DNA from: Macrostomum lignano
Taxonomy: Eukaryota
Length of the DNA: 64,000 bases
Direction of reading: 5' to 3'
Assembly (NCBI GenBank): GCA_002269645.1
Contig: NIVC01001464.1
Span: forward strand, 1 to 64,000
Shown: piece by piece, positions 23,121 to 35,235 of the stretch
How positions within the stretch are numbered: position 1 is the first letter of the stretch
Layout: each line of letters begins with the position of its first letter
The notes under the pieces: generated by a model
What the model was told of the DNA's origin: nothing
Databases searched by the model: none
The model's input: the letters and a program-made list of their open reading frames with translations, nothing else
Position numbers and translations under genes: made by a program

Positions 23121-24849
23121 TCAGGTGGAGTTGCTGCGGGTTCTGTGCGGCGGCATCATTGAATAGGGCGAGCTGCGGAATCCGCCCCAGCCTCCGCGCC
23201 CCATCGGTCCGTAGCCACCGCACTGGTTCGGATAGAACCCGAAGCCAGGTCCCATCATGCCCATCGGGCCCATGGGACCTGGTCCCATCATGCCCATTGG
23301 ACCCATAGGACCTGGTCCCATCATGCCCATTGGGCCCATAGGACCCGGTCCCATCATGCCCATTGGACCCATAGGACCTGGTCCCATCATGCCCATAGGA
23401 CCCATGGGACCGGGTCCCATCATGCCCATCATGCCCATGGGTCCGTAGGGTCCCATCGAGCCGCCAGGGCCGCCCATGCCGTTGGGTCCTGGGCCGCCGC
23501 CAGCCCCAGCGGGACTCTTGGAGGGCTTTGAAGACGCGGCCTGCGGCTGCTTTCCGTGCTGCTGCTGCTGCGGCTTCGGTCCGCTGCCGCCGCCCATCAT
23601 GGGTCCCATCATGGGACCCCAGGGCCCCATGGCACCGCCTGACATCATCATAGCGCCGGGAGGGCCGCCCATCTTGGCCTGCATGCTGCTGCCGCTGCCG
23701 CCCCCGCTGATGCCGCCGCCGCGAGACTGCTGCTGCTCCCGAAGGTGCGCGCTGGCCAGCTCCTCCTTGGTGAGGCCTTTCTTCACGTCCGTGATGCTGA
23801 CTGAGCCTCCAGCGCGCAGCAGGTGAGGCTTGTACAGCATCACTTTGTCCACGGGGTCATAGTCATCGAACACGACGAAGCCGAAGCCGCGACTGTCTCC
23901 CGTGGCGTTGTCCCTGACGATGTACGCGTCGACAATGGTGCCGTAGGCTGAGAAATAGTCCCGCAGCAGCTGGTCGGTGACGTCCTTGCGAAGGGCGCCG
24001 ACAAACAGCTTCTTGGTGGTGATGTGCGCCTCCGGGTTGTTGGCTTCTTCGCGGGGCATCGCGCGCTTCGTCTCGACCTGGGGCGATTTGGGGCGATTTT
24101 GGGGGCGACTTAGGGCGATTTTGGTGAGCGATTTCCACTGCCAGTTCAGGCGACTCAGTTAACCAGCTCTGCTCAGCAGGCAGTTGAGCAGCAGATTCTG
24201 AGCCAGTTAACCAGCTGTGCTCAGCAGGCAGTTGAGCAGCTGATTCTGAGCCAGTTAACCAGCTCTGCTCAGCAGGCAGTTGAGCAGCAGATTCTGAGCC
24301 AGTTAACCAGCTCTGCTCAGCAGGCAGTTGAGCAGCAGATTCTGAGCCAGTTAACCAGCTCTGCTCAGCAGCAGTTGAGCAGCTGATTCTGAGCCAGTTA
24401 ACCAGCTCTGCTCAGCAGGCAGTTGAGCAGCTGATTCTGAGCCAGTTAACCAGCTCTGCTCAGCAGCAGTTGAGCAGCTGATTCTGAGCCAGTTAACCAG
24501 CTCTGCTCAGCAGCAGTTGAGCAGCAGATTCTGAGCCAGTGCAACTCCAAGGCTACTCAAAAGCCTCCCACACAACTCAGCCTCGCACCTGGCGACCATC
24601 CAGCACGTGAGGCCGGTGCAGCTGGGCGGAGTCCACACTCTCGCGGTCCTTGTACGTCAGAAAGCCGTAGCCCTTGGATCTCTGAGTCTTGGGGTCCTTG
24701 GGCACATTGCAGTGCTGCACAGTGCCGTACTGGCTGAAGTACTTGTGCAGGCTGTCAGAGGTCACTGACGGGGACAGGCCTCCGATGAACAGCCGGCAGC
24801 AGATGTCCTCCCTGCTGTGCGATTCTTTGTGGTTGCCGCTGTCGTACAT
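23121..24849 (-). CDS. hnRNP A/B-family double-RRM protein, paralog 2, copy A; exons 24849-24589 and 24077-23121; about 405 aa (start uncertain)
   Basis: RLFIGGL/KGYGFLTY and KLFVGAL/RGFGFVVF; phase-0 intron joins RPHVLDGRQ|VETKRAMPREEANNPEAHITTKKLFVG (hnRNP A1-like linker); G/P/M-rich tail ending in M9-like GFRSSPY. First ATG is 24849; the ORF-track start at 24885 is GTG. Confidence 0.9.
24158..24540. repeat. 48-bp minisatellite in the intron of hnRNP paralog 2 (copy A)
   Basis: Unit CCAGTTAACCAGCTCTGCTCAGCAGGCAGTTGAGCAGCTGATTCTGAG. Confidence 0.93.
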
Positions 24850-24956
24850 TGTGTACTTTCTGTGCCGCTTCCTGCCGGCTGACACCCGCTACTGCAAGTA
24901 GTGAGCGGCCGCGACAGTGCGGTTTGGGGCGAGCTGAACAGCTGACAGCCTGACGC

Positions 24957-25620
24957 CCAGCTTCTGATATCCTGACCCAGCTTCTGACATCCTGACCCAG
25001 CTTCTGAAATCCTGACATAGCTTCTGACATCCTGACCCAGCTTCTGACATCCTGACTCAGCTTCTGATATCCTGACCCAGCTTCTGACATCCTGACCCAG
25101 CTTCTGGCATCCTGACCCAGCTTCTGACATCCTGACTCAGCTTCTGACATCCTGACCAAGCTTCTGACATCCTGACCCAGCTTCTGAAATCCTGACATAG
25201 CTTCTGGCATCCTGACCCAGCTTCTGACATCCTGACCCAGCTTCTGAAATCCTGACATAGCTTTTGGCATCCTGACCCAGCTTCTGAAATCCTGACCCAG
25301 CTTCTGACATCCTGACCCAGCTTCTGAAATCCTGACATAGCTTCTGGCATCCTGACCCAGCTTCTGACATCCTGACCCAGCTTCTGAAATCCTGACATAG
25401 CTTCTGGCATCCTGACCCAGCTTCTGAAATCCTGACCCAGCTTCTGACATCCTGACCCAGCTTCTGACATCCTGACCCAGCTTCTGAAATCCTGACCTAG
25501 CCTCTGACATCTGACCTAGCTTCTGACATCCTGACCCAGCTTCTGACATCCTGACACAGCTTCTGACATCCTGACCCAGCTTCTGACATCCTGACCCAGC
25601 TTCTGACATCCTGATCCAGC
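24957..25620. repeat. 20-bp minisatellite CCTGACCCAGCTTCTGACAT
   Basis: Direct reading. Confidence 0.93.
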
Positions 25621-25921
25621 TCAGGCACCCTGATACTATAACTGGCCTCTGACACTACTAACAAGCAGCCTTAGGCATCCTACTCAAAACGCCTTATACT
25701 ACTAACTATAGATCCGTTAGTAGTATGTAAGAGCGTATGCCCTAAGATCTAACGTCATAATAGCCATGGGGAACGCTAGCTTTTTTACGAGAATCGCGCC
25801 AATTGCAGCACATTTTCTCTGCTCATAGTTCAGGTACACCACTGATGAAATAGGAAGTAGATAGTAAGGAATTTGTAACTTCGTAGATTAATTTTTTGTG
25901 GATTAAATATAGCAACCATAG

Positions 25922-26155
25922 AGGATCTGGGCAGATCGGTGATGGAGCTGAAGATCTGGGCAGCTGGGTGATGGAGCTGAGGATCTGGACAGGTGGGTGA
26001 TGGAGCTGAAGATCTGGGCAGCTGGGTGATGGAGCTGAGGACCTGGGCAGCTGGGTGATGGAGCTGAAGATCTGGGCAGCTGGGTGATGGAGCTGAGGAT
26101 CTGGCTAGCTGGGTGATGGAGCTGGGGATCTGGGCAGCTGGGTGATGGAGCTGAG
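25922..26155. repeat. 29-bp minisatellite CTGGGCAGCTGGGTGATGGAGCTGAAGAT
   Basis: Direct reading. Confidence 0.9.
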
Positions 26156-27597
26156 ACCTCAGTATTGAAAGCGAAACCAACACGGAGACAGTCAACTGAC
26201 GAATCGCGTCAGATCTGAGTAAATATCGGGCTTATATTTGCAAACCAAAAGCTACATGGAGCGGCTGCAGAGCTCAGCTGCAAGGTGACGCAAGCACGCA
26301 TTGTGGGGCAAACACGAGAACCACAGTAAAACAAATTAAAAATATATTTTCGTAAAGCTCTTGAGAAAGCTGAAAAAATTGGTGTGTGACCACTGCAGAT
26401 ACCTCTGTGCACCTCTGTCGGGGACAATAAAGTAAACATTGCACATCAGACACACCGATGCAAATGATACAAAAGTATTTACACAAATCAGATTAGCAAT
26501 CCAGAGCGGTGCAGTAAAAGCCGCTTCAATATCCGCTTGTTCCCAGCCAAGCAAGAGCCTGAAAATTCTGCAGCCTGCAGGACCAGAGCACATTCTGAGC
26601 AAAACTGTGGGAGATCAAAAGGGCAGAGCAGAGATGAACAAAAATGATGGAGAGCGGCCTCAGCTAAAACTGAGCCCACAGCAACAGGAAATGACTGGCT
26701 GCTTGATTTGACTTCTGTGCGCCAAATTCAATCGGGATAAGCAGATAAATTTAAACTGGGACTGAGTGAGCAGGAGACCGTGCTGTGTACAGCTGCTGGG
26801 GATAAAGTGCATTGGCTGGTAGCGCTTATTGGGAATTCCACTGGCAGCTCAAGTTGATGGCGTGACAAAATGACAAGATGGAACTGGGCGCTTAGGGCCT
26901 CGCATTCACAGGCAAAATACACCAATAAATAATATTTTAAGAATGACGCGATAAAACAAAAATTGAGCATCATAAAATGATCACCTCCATCATCCCCATG
27001 CTTTGCAGTCTTTTTTGTTGCCAGCACTTGGCAAAAGCTGGAACGCTACAAAAATACGCAATATTTGAGTGAGCTCAGGACAAAGAAATGTAACGAGCAC
27101 CGCAGAGAAAGTAGCTCTGAAGCCCAGAAGACTCGGAAGACTCGGTTCCTTGATAGTAAGGAAGTCTTGGTAGTAAGGTAGTAAAACTTTTTAGCAATAG
27201 CCCTGATCAAGCTATTGTTACGTAACGAAGGAGCGTCTTCATTAGTTTAGAGTTAGCACTGTTCGATTTTCGTACTTTCAAACTTGAGTAATATTTGGCT
27301 TACAGGCATTGACACCTGTCAAATTTGAGTGGAAAAAAATTTGGGCGGACATGGTAATTTTATCCTTTTAACGAGCTCGAGCAAGTGTATTTCAAAGAAA
27401 AAACAAAACCGAAAATTAATTAAAACTTCGTCGGTACACGTTAAAACAAAACCGAAATTAATCGTCAAAAAAGAAAAAAAACTAACAAAAATACTAAAGA
27501 AAAGGCCTCAAAGAAAGAGAAAACACCTACACGTCGACACCACGCCGCAAAAGTGCGAAATCGGCAGGCAAACAGAACAACTTCGTTCGAGGTCAGC

Positions 27598-28551
27598 GAT
27601 CCTTTCTTCTCCCTCACTCCCTTTCTTCTCCCCCTCCCTTTCTTCTCCCCCTCCCTTTCTTCTCCCTCACTCCCTTTCTTCTCCCCCTCCTTTTCTTCTC
27701 CCCCTCCCTTTCTTCTCCCCCTCCCTTTCTTCTCCCCTCCCTTTCTTCTCCCCCTCCCTTTCTTATCCCTCCCTCCCTTTCTTCTCCCTCCCTTTCTTAT
27801 CCTCCCTCCCTTTCTTCTCCCCTCCCTTTCTTCTCCCCCTCCCTTTCTTCTCCCTCCCTCCCTTTCTTCTCCCCTCCCTTTCTTCTCCCCCTCCCTTTCT
27901 TCTCCCCCTCCCTTTCTTCTCCCCCTCCCTTTCTTCTCCCCTCCCTTTCTTCTCCCCTCCCTTTCTTCTCCCCCTCCCTTTCTTCCCCCTCCCTCCCTTT
28001 CTTCCCCTCCTTCCCTTTCTTATCCCTCCCTCCCTTTCTTCTCCCCCTCCCTTTCTTCTCCCCCTACCTTTCTTCTCCCCCCCTTTCTTATCCCTCCCTC
28101 CCTTTCTTCTCCCTCCCTTTCTTATCCCTCCCTCCCTTTCTTCTCCCCCTCCCTTTCTTCTCCCCTCCCTTTCTTCTCCCTCCCTCCCTTTCTTCTCCCC
28201 CTCCCTTTCTTCTCCCCCTCCCTTTCTTCTCCCCTCCCTTTCTTCCCCTCCCTTTCTTTCTTCCCCCTCCCTCCCTTTCTTATCCCTCCCTCCCTTTCTT
28301 CTCCCCTCCCTTTCTTCTCCCCCTCCCTTTCTTCTCCCCCTCCCTTTCTTATCCCTCCCTCCCTTTCTTCTCCCTCCCTTTCTTATCCCCCTCCCTTTCT
28401 TCTCCCTCCCTCCCTTTCTTCTCCCTCCCTCCCTTTCTTCTCCCTCCCTCCCTCTCTTCTCCACCTCCCTTTCTTCTCCCTCCCTCCCTTTCTTCCCCCT
28501 CCCTTTCTTCTCCCTCCATCCCTCTCTTCTCCACCTCCCTTTCTTCTCCCT
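27598..28551. repeat. Polypyrimidine low-complexity tract (CCCCTCCCTTTCTTCT)n, about 950 bp
   Basis: Almost purine-free on the + strand. Confidence 0.95.
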
Positions 28552-28735
28552 CATGAACATTCAGTGACTGACAGCCTGACAGCTCCCTCATGAACATTCA
28601 GTGACTGACAGCCTGACAGCTACCTCATGAACATTCAGTGACTGACAGCCTGACAGCTCCCTCATGAACATTCAGTGACTGACAGCCTGACAGCTCCCTC
28701 ATGAACATTCAGTGACTGACAGCCTGACAGCTCCC
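28552..28735. repeat. 37-bp minisatellite family, orphan array
   Basis: Same unit as 14.3, 15.4 and 50.2 kb. Confidence 0.9.
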
Positions 28736-29379
28736 TCTCCCGCCGCCCTCTTCCGCCTCTCCTTCTCCCGCCTCTCCCTCTCCCGCCTCTCCCTCTCCCG
28801 CCTCTCCCTCTCCCGCCTCTCCCTCTCCCGCCTCTCCCTCTCCCTCTCCCACCTCTCTCTCTCCCGCCTCTATGGCTATGGTCATTGATCGTATGCCATT
28901 ACTGGCTGAATTGGCGGGAAGGTTTTCGGACCTTTCTCGAAAATAAGTGAATTTATAGCTCGTACATACATGCATAGTTATTTATTCTGAAATTTTTAAC
29001 AATATCTTGAATTGCCTTGTTTGATTGCGAAGCTATCTGTTGCTCTTCTTCCATTCTTTTCTTTGCTTCTTTTTCTCTTTTTAATGTAAGAAATGTATAA
29101 TTTCTCTTTTTTCTTTTTAATGTATTCCAGTTCCTCACCTGCTTTAGACATGTCACTGTAGGATTTCTTTGCATTGCATATATCTTTTAGCTGCTGTTGC
29201 TGTTTTACCTATGGCATCAGCTCCACTCACAATTTTACTTCCATGATTTGATAAAAGGTTTGTGACACCACTGATCATATCACCAATTCCTTCACCCATT
29301 TTATCAGCTAGTAGTTGTGAATCAGACGTTTCAATCTGACCCTTTGCTCGTTTGCAGTTTGTTCCATAGGCGCTCATTT

Positions 29380-31411
29380 TTAGGGGAAAATTTGCTGGTA
29401 GAAGCTGGGATTTGTAAAATGATCCAATAATTTATTCTCCAGTCTCATCCTCAATAATGTAAGTTATGGGATTTGAGTAAACTATTTTCTTGATCCTAAA
29501 CACTTCTGAAATTTTCCAATAACCTCTTCGACCCTTTTCAAAGTGCTCCTTATATCTATAGATATGAACTTTGTCACCTACTTTGAAGTTTGGTTTCTCA
29601 TTTGAATACTCAAAGGAAGGCTTTGGTACTCGCTCAGGATGTTAAGATGCTTCTCAAGGAGTTTTGAGAATCTTAGAATGGATTGTGTTGTTGTATTTTT
29701 CAACAATAGCTGGCAATGTGTGGAGCCACTTCTGATTACCCTGTAGATCGAATTCAAACCAGAGTTTATTTGTGAGAGTACGATTGAACCTCTCAATCAT
29801 TGCATTCTTGGACTCACCATAAATTGAGAACATCTTGTTTACATATTCACCCTTTTCATTCTTCTTTCTAACATTGTCTTTTGAAAACGAGTATAGCTTG
29901 TACAGATGCTGATTATAAAACTCCTTGCCTTCATCAACGCAAAGTCTCTCTGATCGTCTTCCTGACTCTTTAAAGATTTTCTGGAATGCTTCTGCAACTT
30001 CCGCTCCTGTCTTTGTTTTCAAAGGAACTGCCCAAGCGAAACATGTGAAACCATCTACAACAGTGAGAGCATATTTGTAACCTCTTTCAGGTGGTAGGAC
30101 AATAATATCTGCATGCCAAATGGTGTCTTTTGCATAGTGAATCATTTTTCTAAACAGTTTTGCTTTTCTGTATTCCCTATGCAATTTCACTGCATCTTCA
30201 TAGCTTAGACCATTGCCGTATATGGTTAGAAAATCTATGCAATTGTTGGGGTTGTGAGTATAAATGCCTAATCCAAATCGAACTTTTGCCTTTATAATAC
30301 GTTTTACTAGATTTCGAATAAGTATTTCTTTCGCAGACAAGTCGCTGGTTGGAATAGCATCTAAATCAGTTATCATTTTTTCATCAGCTATGTGCTTCTT
30401 TCTTAGAGCTTCTTCTGGATTTGAAGATGTTTTTTCAGCATCTCTATAATTTTTGTCATGGTAATAAGCAGTCCAATCTATTGGGGTGATTGGTAGACTG
30501 TCATACCGAGGCCAGTCTGTAATTGGATTGAGTCTCTTGTCTAGATTTGTATTAGGCAGTTGTTCTGAACCTTCTCCATATCCCTGTCAACTACGTTTGG
30601 ACGTACTTATGGTACTCGAACTGCGTTTTTCGGACGTACCAGAGGTACTCAATCAAAGATCGGACGTACCAGAGGTACTCGATCAAAGATCGGACGTACC
30701 AGAGGTACTCGAACAAAGATCGGACGTACCAGAGGTACTCTATCAAAGATCGGACGAACCAGAGGTACTCGAACAAAGATCGGACGAACCAGAGGTACTC
30801 AAACAAAGATCGGACGAACCAGAGGTACTCGATCAAAGATCGGACGAACCAGAGGTACTCTATCAAAGATCGGACGTACCAGAGGTACTCGAACAAAGAT
30901 CGGACGTACCAGAGGTACTCGATCAAAGATCGAACGTACCAGAGGTACTCAATCAAAGATCGGACGTACCAGAGGTACTCGAACAAAGATCGGACGAACC
31001 AGAGGTACTCGATCAAAGATCGGACGAACCAGAGGTACTCGATCAAAGATCGGACGTACCAGAGGTACTCGAACAAAGTTCGGACTTAGGAGCTTGGCTA
31101 CGGATTTTCACCATGTCCTCAAGCTTGTTACCATTGGGAACAGGAATTACCCGTGTTCCTTCAGAAGATTTCTCAACTGAAGTGGTTTTTGAGGCTGTCC
31201 GCCGGAGTTCTCGCAATTTGAAGGTGTCGCTACTAACTTCAAGCAAGGACATTGAATTCCTCACTCAGGCCACAGGGTAACCTGCGAAATTATATGGTGG
31301 AATGTGAAATTCCCCAGGATATTTTCCAGTCGAGAAAATAGGGGGAGCCCTCGAGATTGCACTTTGGATGTCTATTGAATTGCCAAAGTAAATTGTTTTT
31401 CGAAAAGCCAT
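29380..31411 (-). pseudogene. Polinton-type PLA2-integrase fusion ORF, split by a 723-bp insertion (30557-31279) and three in-frame stops
   Basis: ATG 31411: ...KYPGEFHIPPYNFAG | PNTNLDKRL...TAYYHDKNY...HIADEKM (parvovirus-type PLA2), same frame into IWHAD...GYKYALTVVDGF...CVDEGKEFYN...MIERFNRTL (DDE), then past stops FKVGDKVHI...GSFY (Polinton INT C-terminus). Confidence 0.82.
30630..31080. repeat. 30-bp minisatellite CGGACGTACCAGAGGTACTCGATCAAAGAT, about 15 copies
   Basis: Direct reading; lies inside the insertion that splits the PLA2 domain. Confidence 0.95.
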
Positions 31412-32431
31412 TTTTACTGTGATAATTTTGGTAAAATTATTGCCAAGGAGCTAAAAAGATCGGTGAAGCCTCCACCATGTACATCACCAATTCCAGAATG
31501 TGCTCGTAATTCATTCTCATGTCTATAGCTTATTCTCACAGTCAAAAGCTCACTAGTCAAAAGCTTATTCTCACACATTCATATTCGCAAATATTGTTTT
31601 CGGAAAAAGTTTTTTATTAGGTCTTCTTGCATCTTAAGTTTTCTCGTGCATTCCCTGTAGCAGCGTCGAAGCTCGTTATCTGACGGCATGTTTTGTATTT
31701 TCTCAGAATCAGGTGGGGCTAAAAGAAACTACAACGTTGATTAGTGTGGTGTTGAAGGAGAGCTCAGTAATTGGCTGCCATAAATGCAACCTTTTTGGTC
31801 GGGAGGTTTGGCAAATTTTTGGTCGGGAGGTTTGGCATCCAATGAGGGCTGTGTTGTCAATAGCAACTGGGTTGGGGGAGAAATTTTAGGCAGGAGAGAG
31901 TAATATACCATTGTATTGAGATAGACTAGAGTGCTCTGAGCATGGCAAGTTCCCTTTCCGAAACGAAGGGCTGTGGAGAGAATGAAATAGTTGTCAATAG
32001 CAACTAGATTGGGTAAGAGATTTTGAGTACTATTGGATCCACGTATAGGCAAACGTAGTTCCCCGTTCCTGAGTACAATAGAAGCTGCTGGAAAGTTCCC
32101 CTTTTTTGAGAACAATGGATGCTGTACGGAGGATTGTAAGTTCTCACTTCATCCAAAATGTACTATTACTGATGTTGGATCCACGTATAAGCAGCGCAGT
32201 TCCTCCTTTAGAGTACAATAGACTCTTTAGGAGAGTACTAACTTGAAATGAGTTTTCCAAAATCCTAAAAAACCGCCGGACGGACGCCCCCTGCAGCAAA
32301 GTCAAGTAAGTCAACACGGGAGATATGGAAGCTGCCAGAACAAAAAAGTGTTCTGCATCACAAATTTTCATGTTTGAGTTTTATAGCATGATGAAATAGT
32401 TTAATTTCTTTGAAATTTCCCTTAACACAAA

Positions 32432-35173
32432 CACTGAACTCGTGCTCAGATTCCACTGAACTCGTGCTCAGATTCCACTGAAACTCGAGCTCAGATTCCA
32501 CTGAACTCGTGCTCAGATTCCACTGAACTCGTGCTCAGATTCCACTGAAACTCGTGCTCAGATTCCACTGAACTCGTGCTCAGATTCCACTGAACTCGTG
32601 CTCAGATTCCACTGAACTCGTGCTCAGATTCCACTGAACTCGTGCTCAGATTCCACTGAACTCGTGCTCAGATTCCACTGAACTCGAGCTCAGATTCCAC
32701 TGAAACTCGTGCTCAGATTCCACTGAACTCGTGCTCAGATTCCACTGAACTCGTGCTCAGATTCCACTGAACTCGTGCTCAGATTCCACTGAACTCGTGC
32801 TCAGATTCCACTGAACTCGTGCTCAGATTCCACTGAACTCGTGCTCAGATTCCACTGAACTCGTGCTCAGATTCCACTGAACTCGTGCTCAGATTCCACT
32901 GAACTCGTGCTCAGATTCCACTGAAACTCGTGCTCAGATTCCACTGAACTCGTGCTCAGATTCCACTGAACTCGTGCTCAGATTCCACTGAACTCATGCT
33001 CAGATTCCACTGAACTCGTGCTCAGATTCCACTGAACTCGTGCTCAGATTCCACTGAACTCGTGCTCAGATTCCACTGAACTCGTGCTCAGATTCCACTG
33101 AACTCGTGCTCAGATTCCACTGAACTCGTGCTCAGATTCCACTGAACTCGTGCTCAGATTCCACTGAACTCGTGCTCAGATTCCACTGAAACTCGAGCTC
33201 AGATTCCACTGAACTCGTGCTCAGATTCCACTGAACTCGTGCTCAGATTCCACTGAAACTCGAGCTCAGATTCCACTGAACTCGTGCTCAGATTCCACTG
33301 AAACTCGTGCTCAGATTCCACTGAACTCGTGCTCAGATTCCACTGAACTCGTGCTCAGATTCCACTGAACTCGTGCTCAGATTCCAGTGAACTCGTGCTC
33401 AGATTCCACTGAAACTCGTGCTCAGATTCCACTGAACTCGTGCTCAGATTCCAGTGAACTCGTGCTCAGATTCCACTGAACTCGTGCTCAGGTTCCACTG
33501 AACTCGTGCTCAGATTCCACTGAAACTCGAGCTCAGATTCCACTGAACTCGTGCTCAGATTCCAGTGAACTCGTGCTCAGATTCCACTGAACTCGTGCTC
33601 AGATTCCACTGAACTCGTGCTCAGATTCCACTGAAACTCGAGCTCAGATTCCACTGATCTCGTGCTCAGATTCCACTGAAACTCGTGCTCAGATTCCACT
33701 GAACTCGTGCTCAGATTCCACTGAACTCGTGCTCAGATTCCACTGAACTCGTGCTCAGATTCCACTGAACTCGTGCTCAGATTCCACTGAACTCGTGCTC
33801 AGATTCCACTGAACTCGTGCTCAGATTCCACTGAACTCGTGCTCAGATTCCACTGAACTCGTGCTCAGATTCCACTGAACTCGTGCTCAGATTCCACTGA
33901 ACTCGTGCTCAGATTCCACTGAACTCGTGCTCAGATTCCACTGAAACTCGTGCTCAGATTCCACTGAACTCGTGCTCAGATTCCACTGAACTCGTGCTCA
34001 GATTCCACTGAACTCATGCTCAGATTCCACTGAACTCGTGCTCAGATTCCACTGAACTCGTGCTCAGATTCCACTGAACTCGTGCTCAGATTCCACTGAA
34101 CTCGTGCTCAGATTCCACTGAACTCGTGCTCAGATTCCACTGAACTCGTGCTCAGATTCCACTGAAACTCGAGCTCAGATTCCACTGAACTCGTGCTCAG
34201 ATTCCACTGAACTCGTGCTCAGATTCCACTGAAACTCGAGCTCAGATTCCACTGAACTCGTGCTCAGATTCCACTGAAACTCGTGCTCAGATTCCACTGA
34301 ACTCGTGCTCAGATTCCACTGAACTCGTGCTCAGATTCCACTGAACTCGTGCTCAGATTCCAGTGAACTCGTGCTCAGATTCCACTGAAACTCGTGCTCA
34401 GATTCCACTGAACTCGTGCTCAGATTCCAGTGAACTCGTGCTCAGATTCCACTGAACTCGTGCTCAGATTCCACTGAACTCGTGCTCAGATTCCACTGAA
34501 ACTCGAGCTCAGATTCCACTGAACTCGTGCTCAGATTCCAGTGAACTCGTGCTCAGATTCCACTGAACTCGTGCTCAGATTCCACTGAACTCGTGCTCAG
34601 ATTCCACTGAAACTCGAGCTCAGATTCCACTGATCTCGTGCTCAGATTCCACTGAAACTCGTGCTCAGATTCCACTGAACTCGTGCTCAGATTCCACTGA
34701 ACTCGTGCTCAGATTCCACTGAACTCGTGCTCAGATTCCACTGAACTCGTGCTCAGATTCCACTGAACTCGTGCTCAGATTCCACTGAACTCGTGCTCAG
34801 ATTCCACTGAAACTCGAGCTCAGATTCCACTGAACTCGTGCTCAGATTCCACTGAAACTCGTGCTCAGATTCCACTGAACTCGTGCTCAGATTCCACTGA
34901 ACTCGTGCTCAGATTCCACTGAAACTCGAGCTCAGATTCCACTGAACTCGTGCTCAGATTCCACTGAACTCGTGCTCAGATTCCACTGAACTCGTGCTCA
35001 GATTCCACTGAACTCGTGCTCAGATTCCACTGAACTCGTGCTCAGATTCCACTGAACTCGTGCTCAGATTCCACTGAACTCGTGCTCAGATTCCACAGAA
35101 CTCATGCTCAGATTCCACTGAACTTGTGCTCAGATTCCACTGAACTCGTGCTCAGATTCCACTGAAACTCGAG
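32432..35173. repeat. 22-bp satellite GAACTCGTGCTCAGATTCCACT, about 120 copies, with a roughly 1-kb higher-order duplication
   Basis: Direct reading; rare variants recur at 976-1020 bp spacing. Confidence 0.98.
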
Positions 35174-35235
35174 AAGGTTGTGGAGTTGTCAGTTGCCAAA
35201 ATCAGTTTTTGCTATTCTGAAATCATGCCAATTTT

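Larger units (their letters stand above)
15120..27104 (+). repeat. Segmental duplication, near-identical part of copy A (partner 49845-62427)
   Basis: Unique sequence, genes and minisatellite order are collinear; identity ends after ...GTAACGAGCACCGCA (27104/62427). About 15.7-16.4 kb vs 51.1-53.1 kb are non-matching inserts. Confidence 0.92.
28870..31740 (-). mobile_element. Decayed Polinton/Maverick (adintovirus-like) fragment
   Basis: AT-rich; PLA2-like plus c-integrase ORF; small ORFs with Gly-rich hydrophobic motifs (GGGFTDLFSSLAIILPKL about 31.45 kb; MGEGIGDMISGV 29153-29377). No polB, capsid or TIR recognised. Confidence 0.75.

Noticed and set aside
5945-27104. Functional coupling of cGLR with the hnRNP A/B genes as a co-duplicated sensing module
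   Set aside because: Adjacency is explained by one segmental duplication; opposite strands, different divergence, and no independent evidence.
30630-35173. CRISPR-like appearance of the 30-bp and 22-bp arrays
   Set aside because: Head-to-tail monomers with no unique spacers, no cas genes, and a eukaryotic context.
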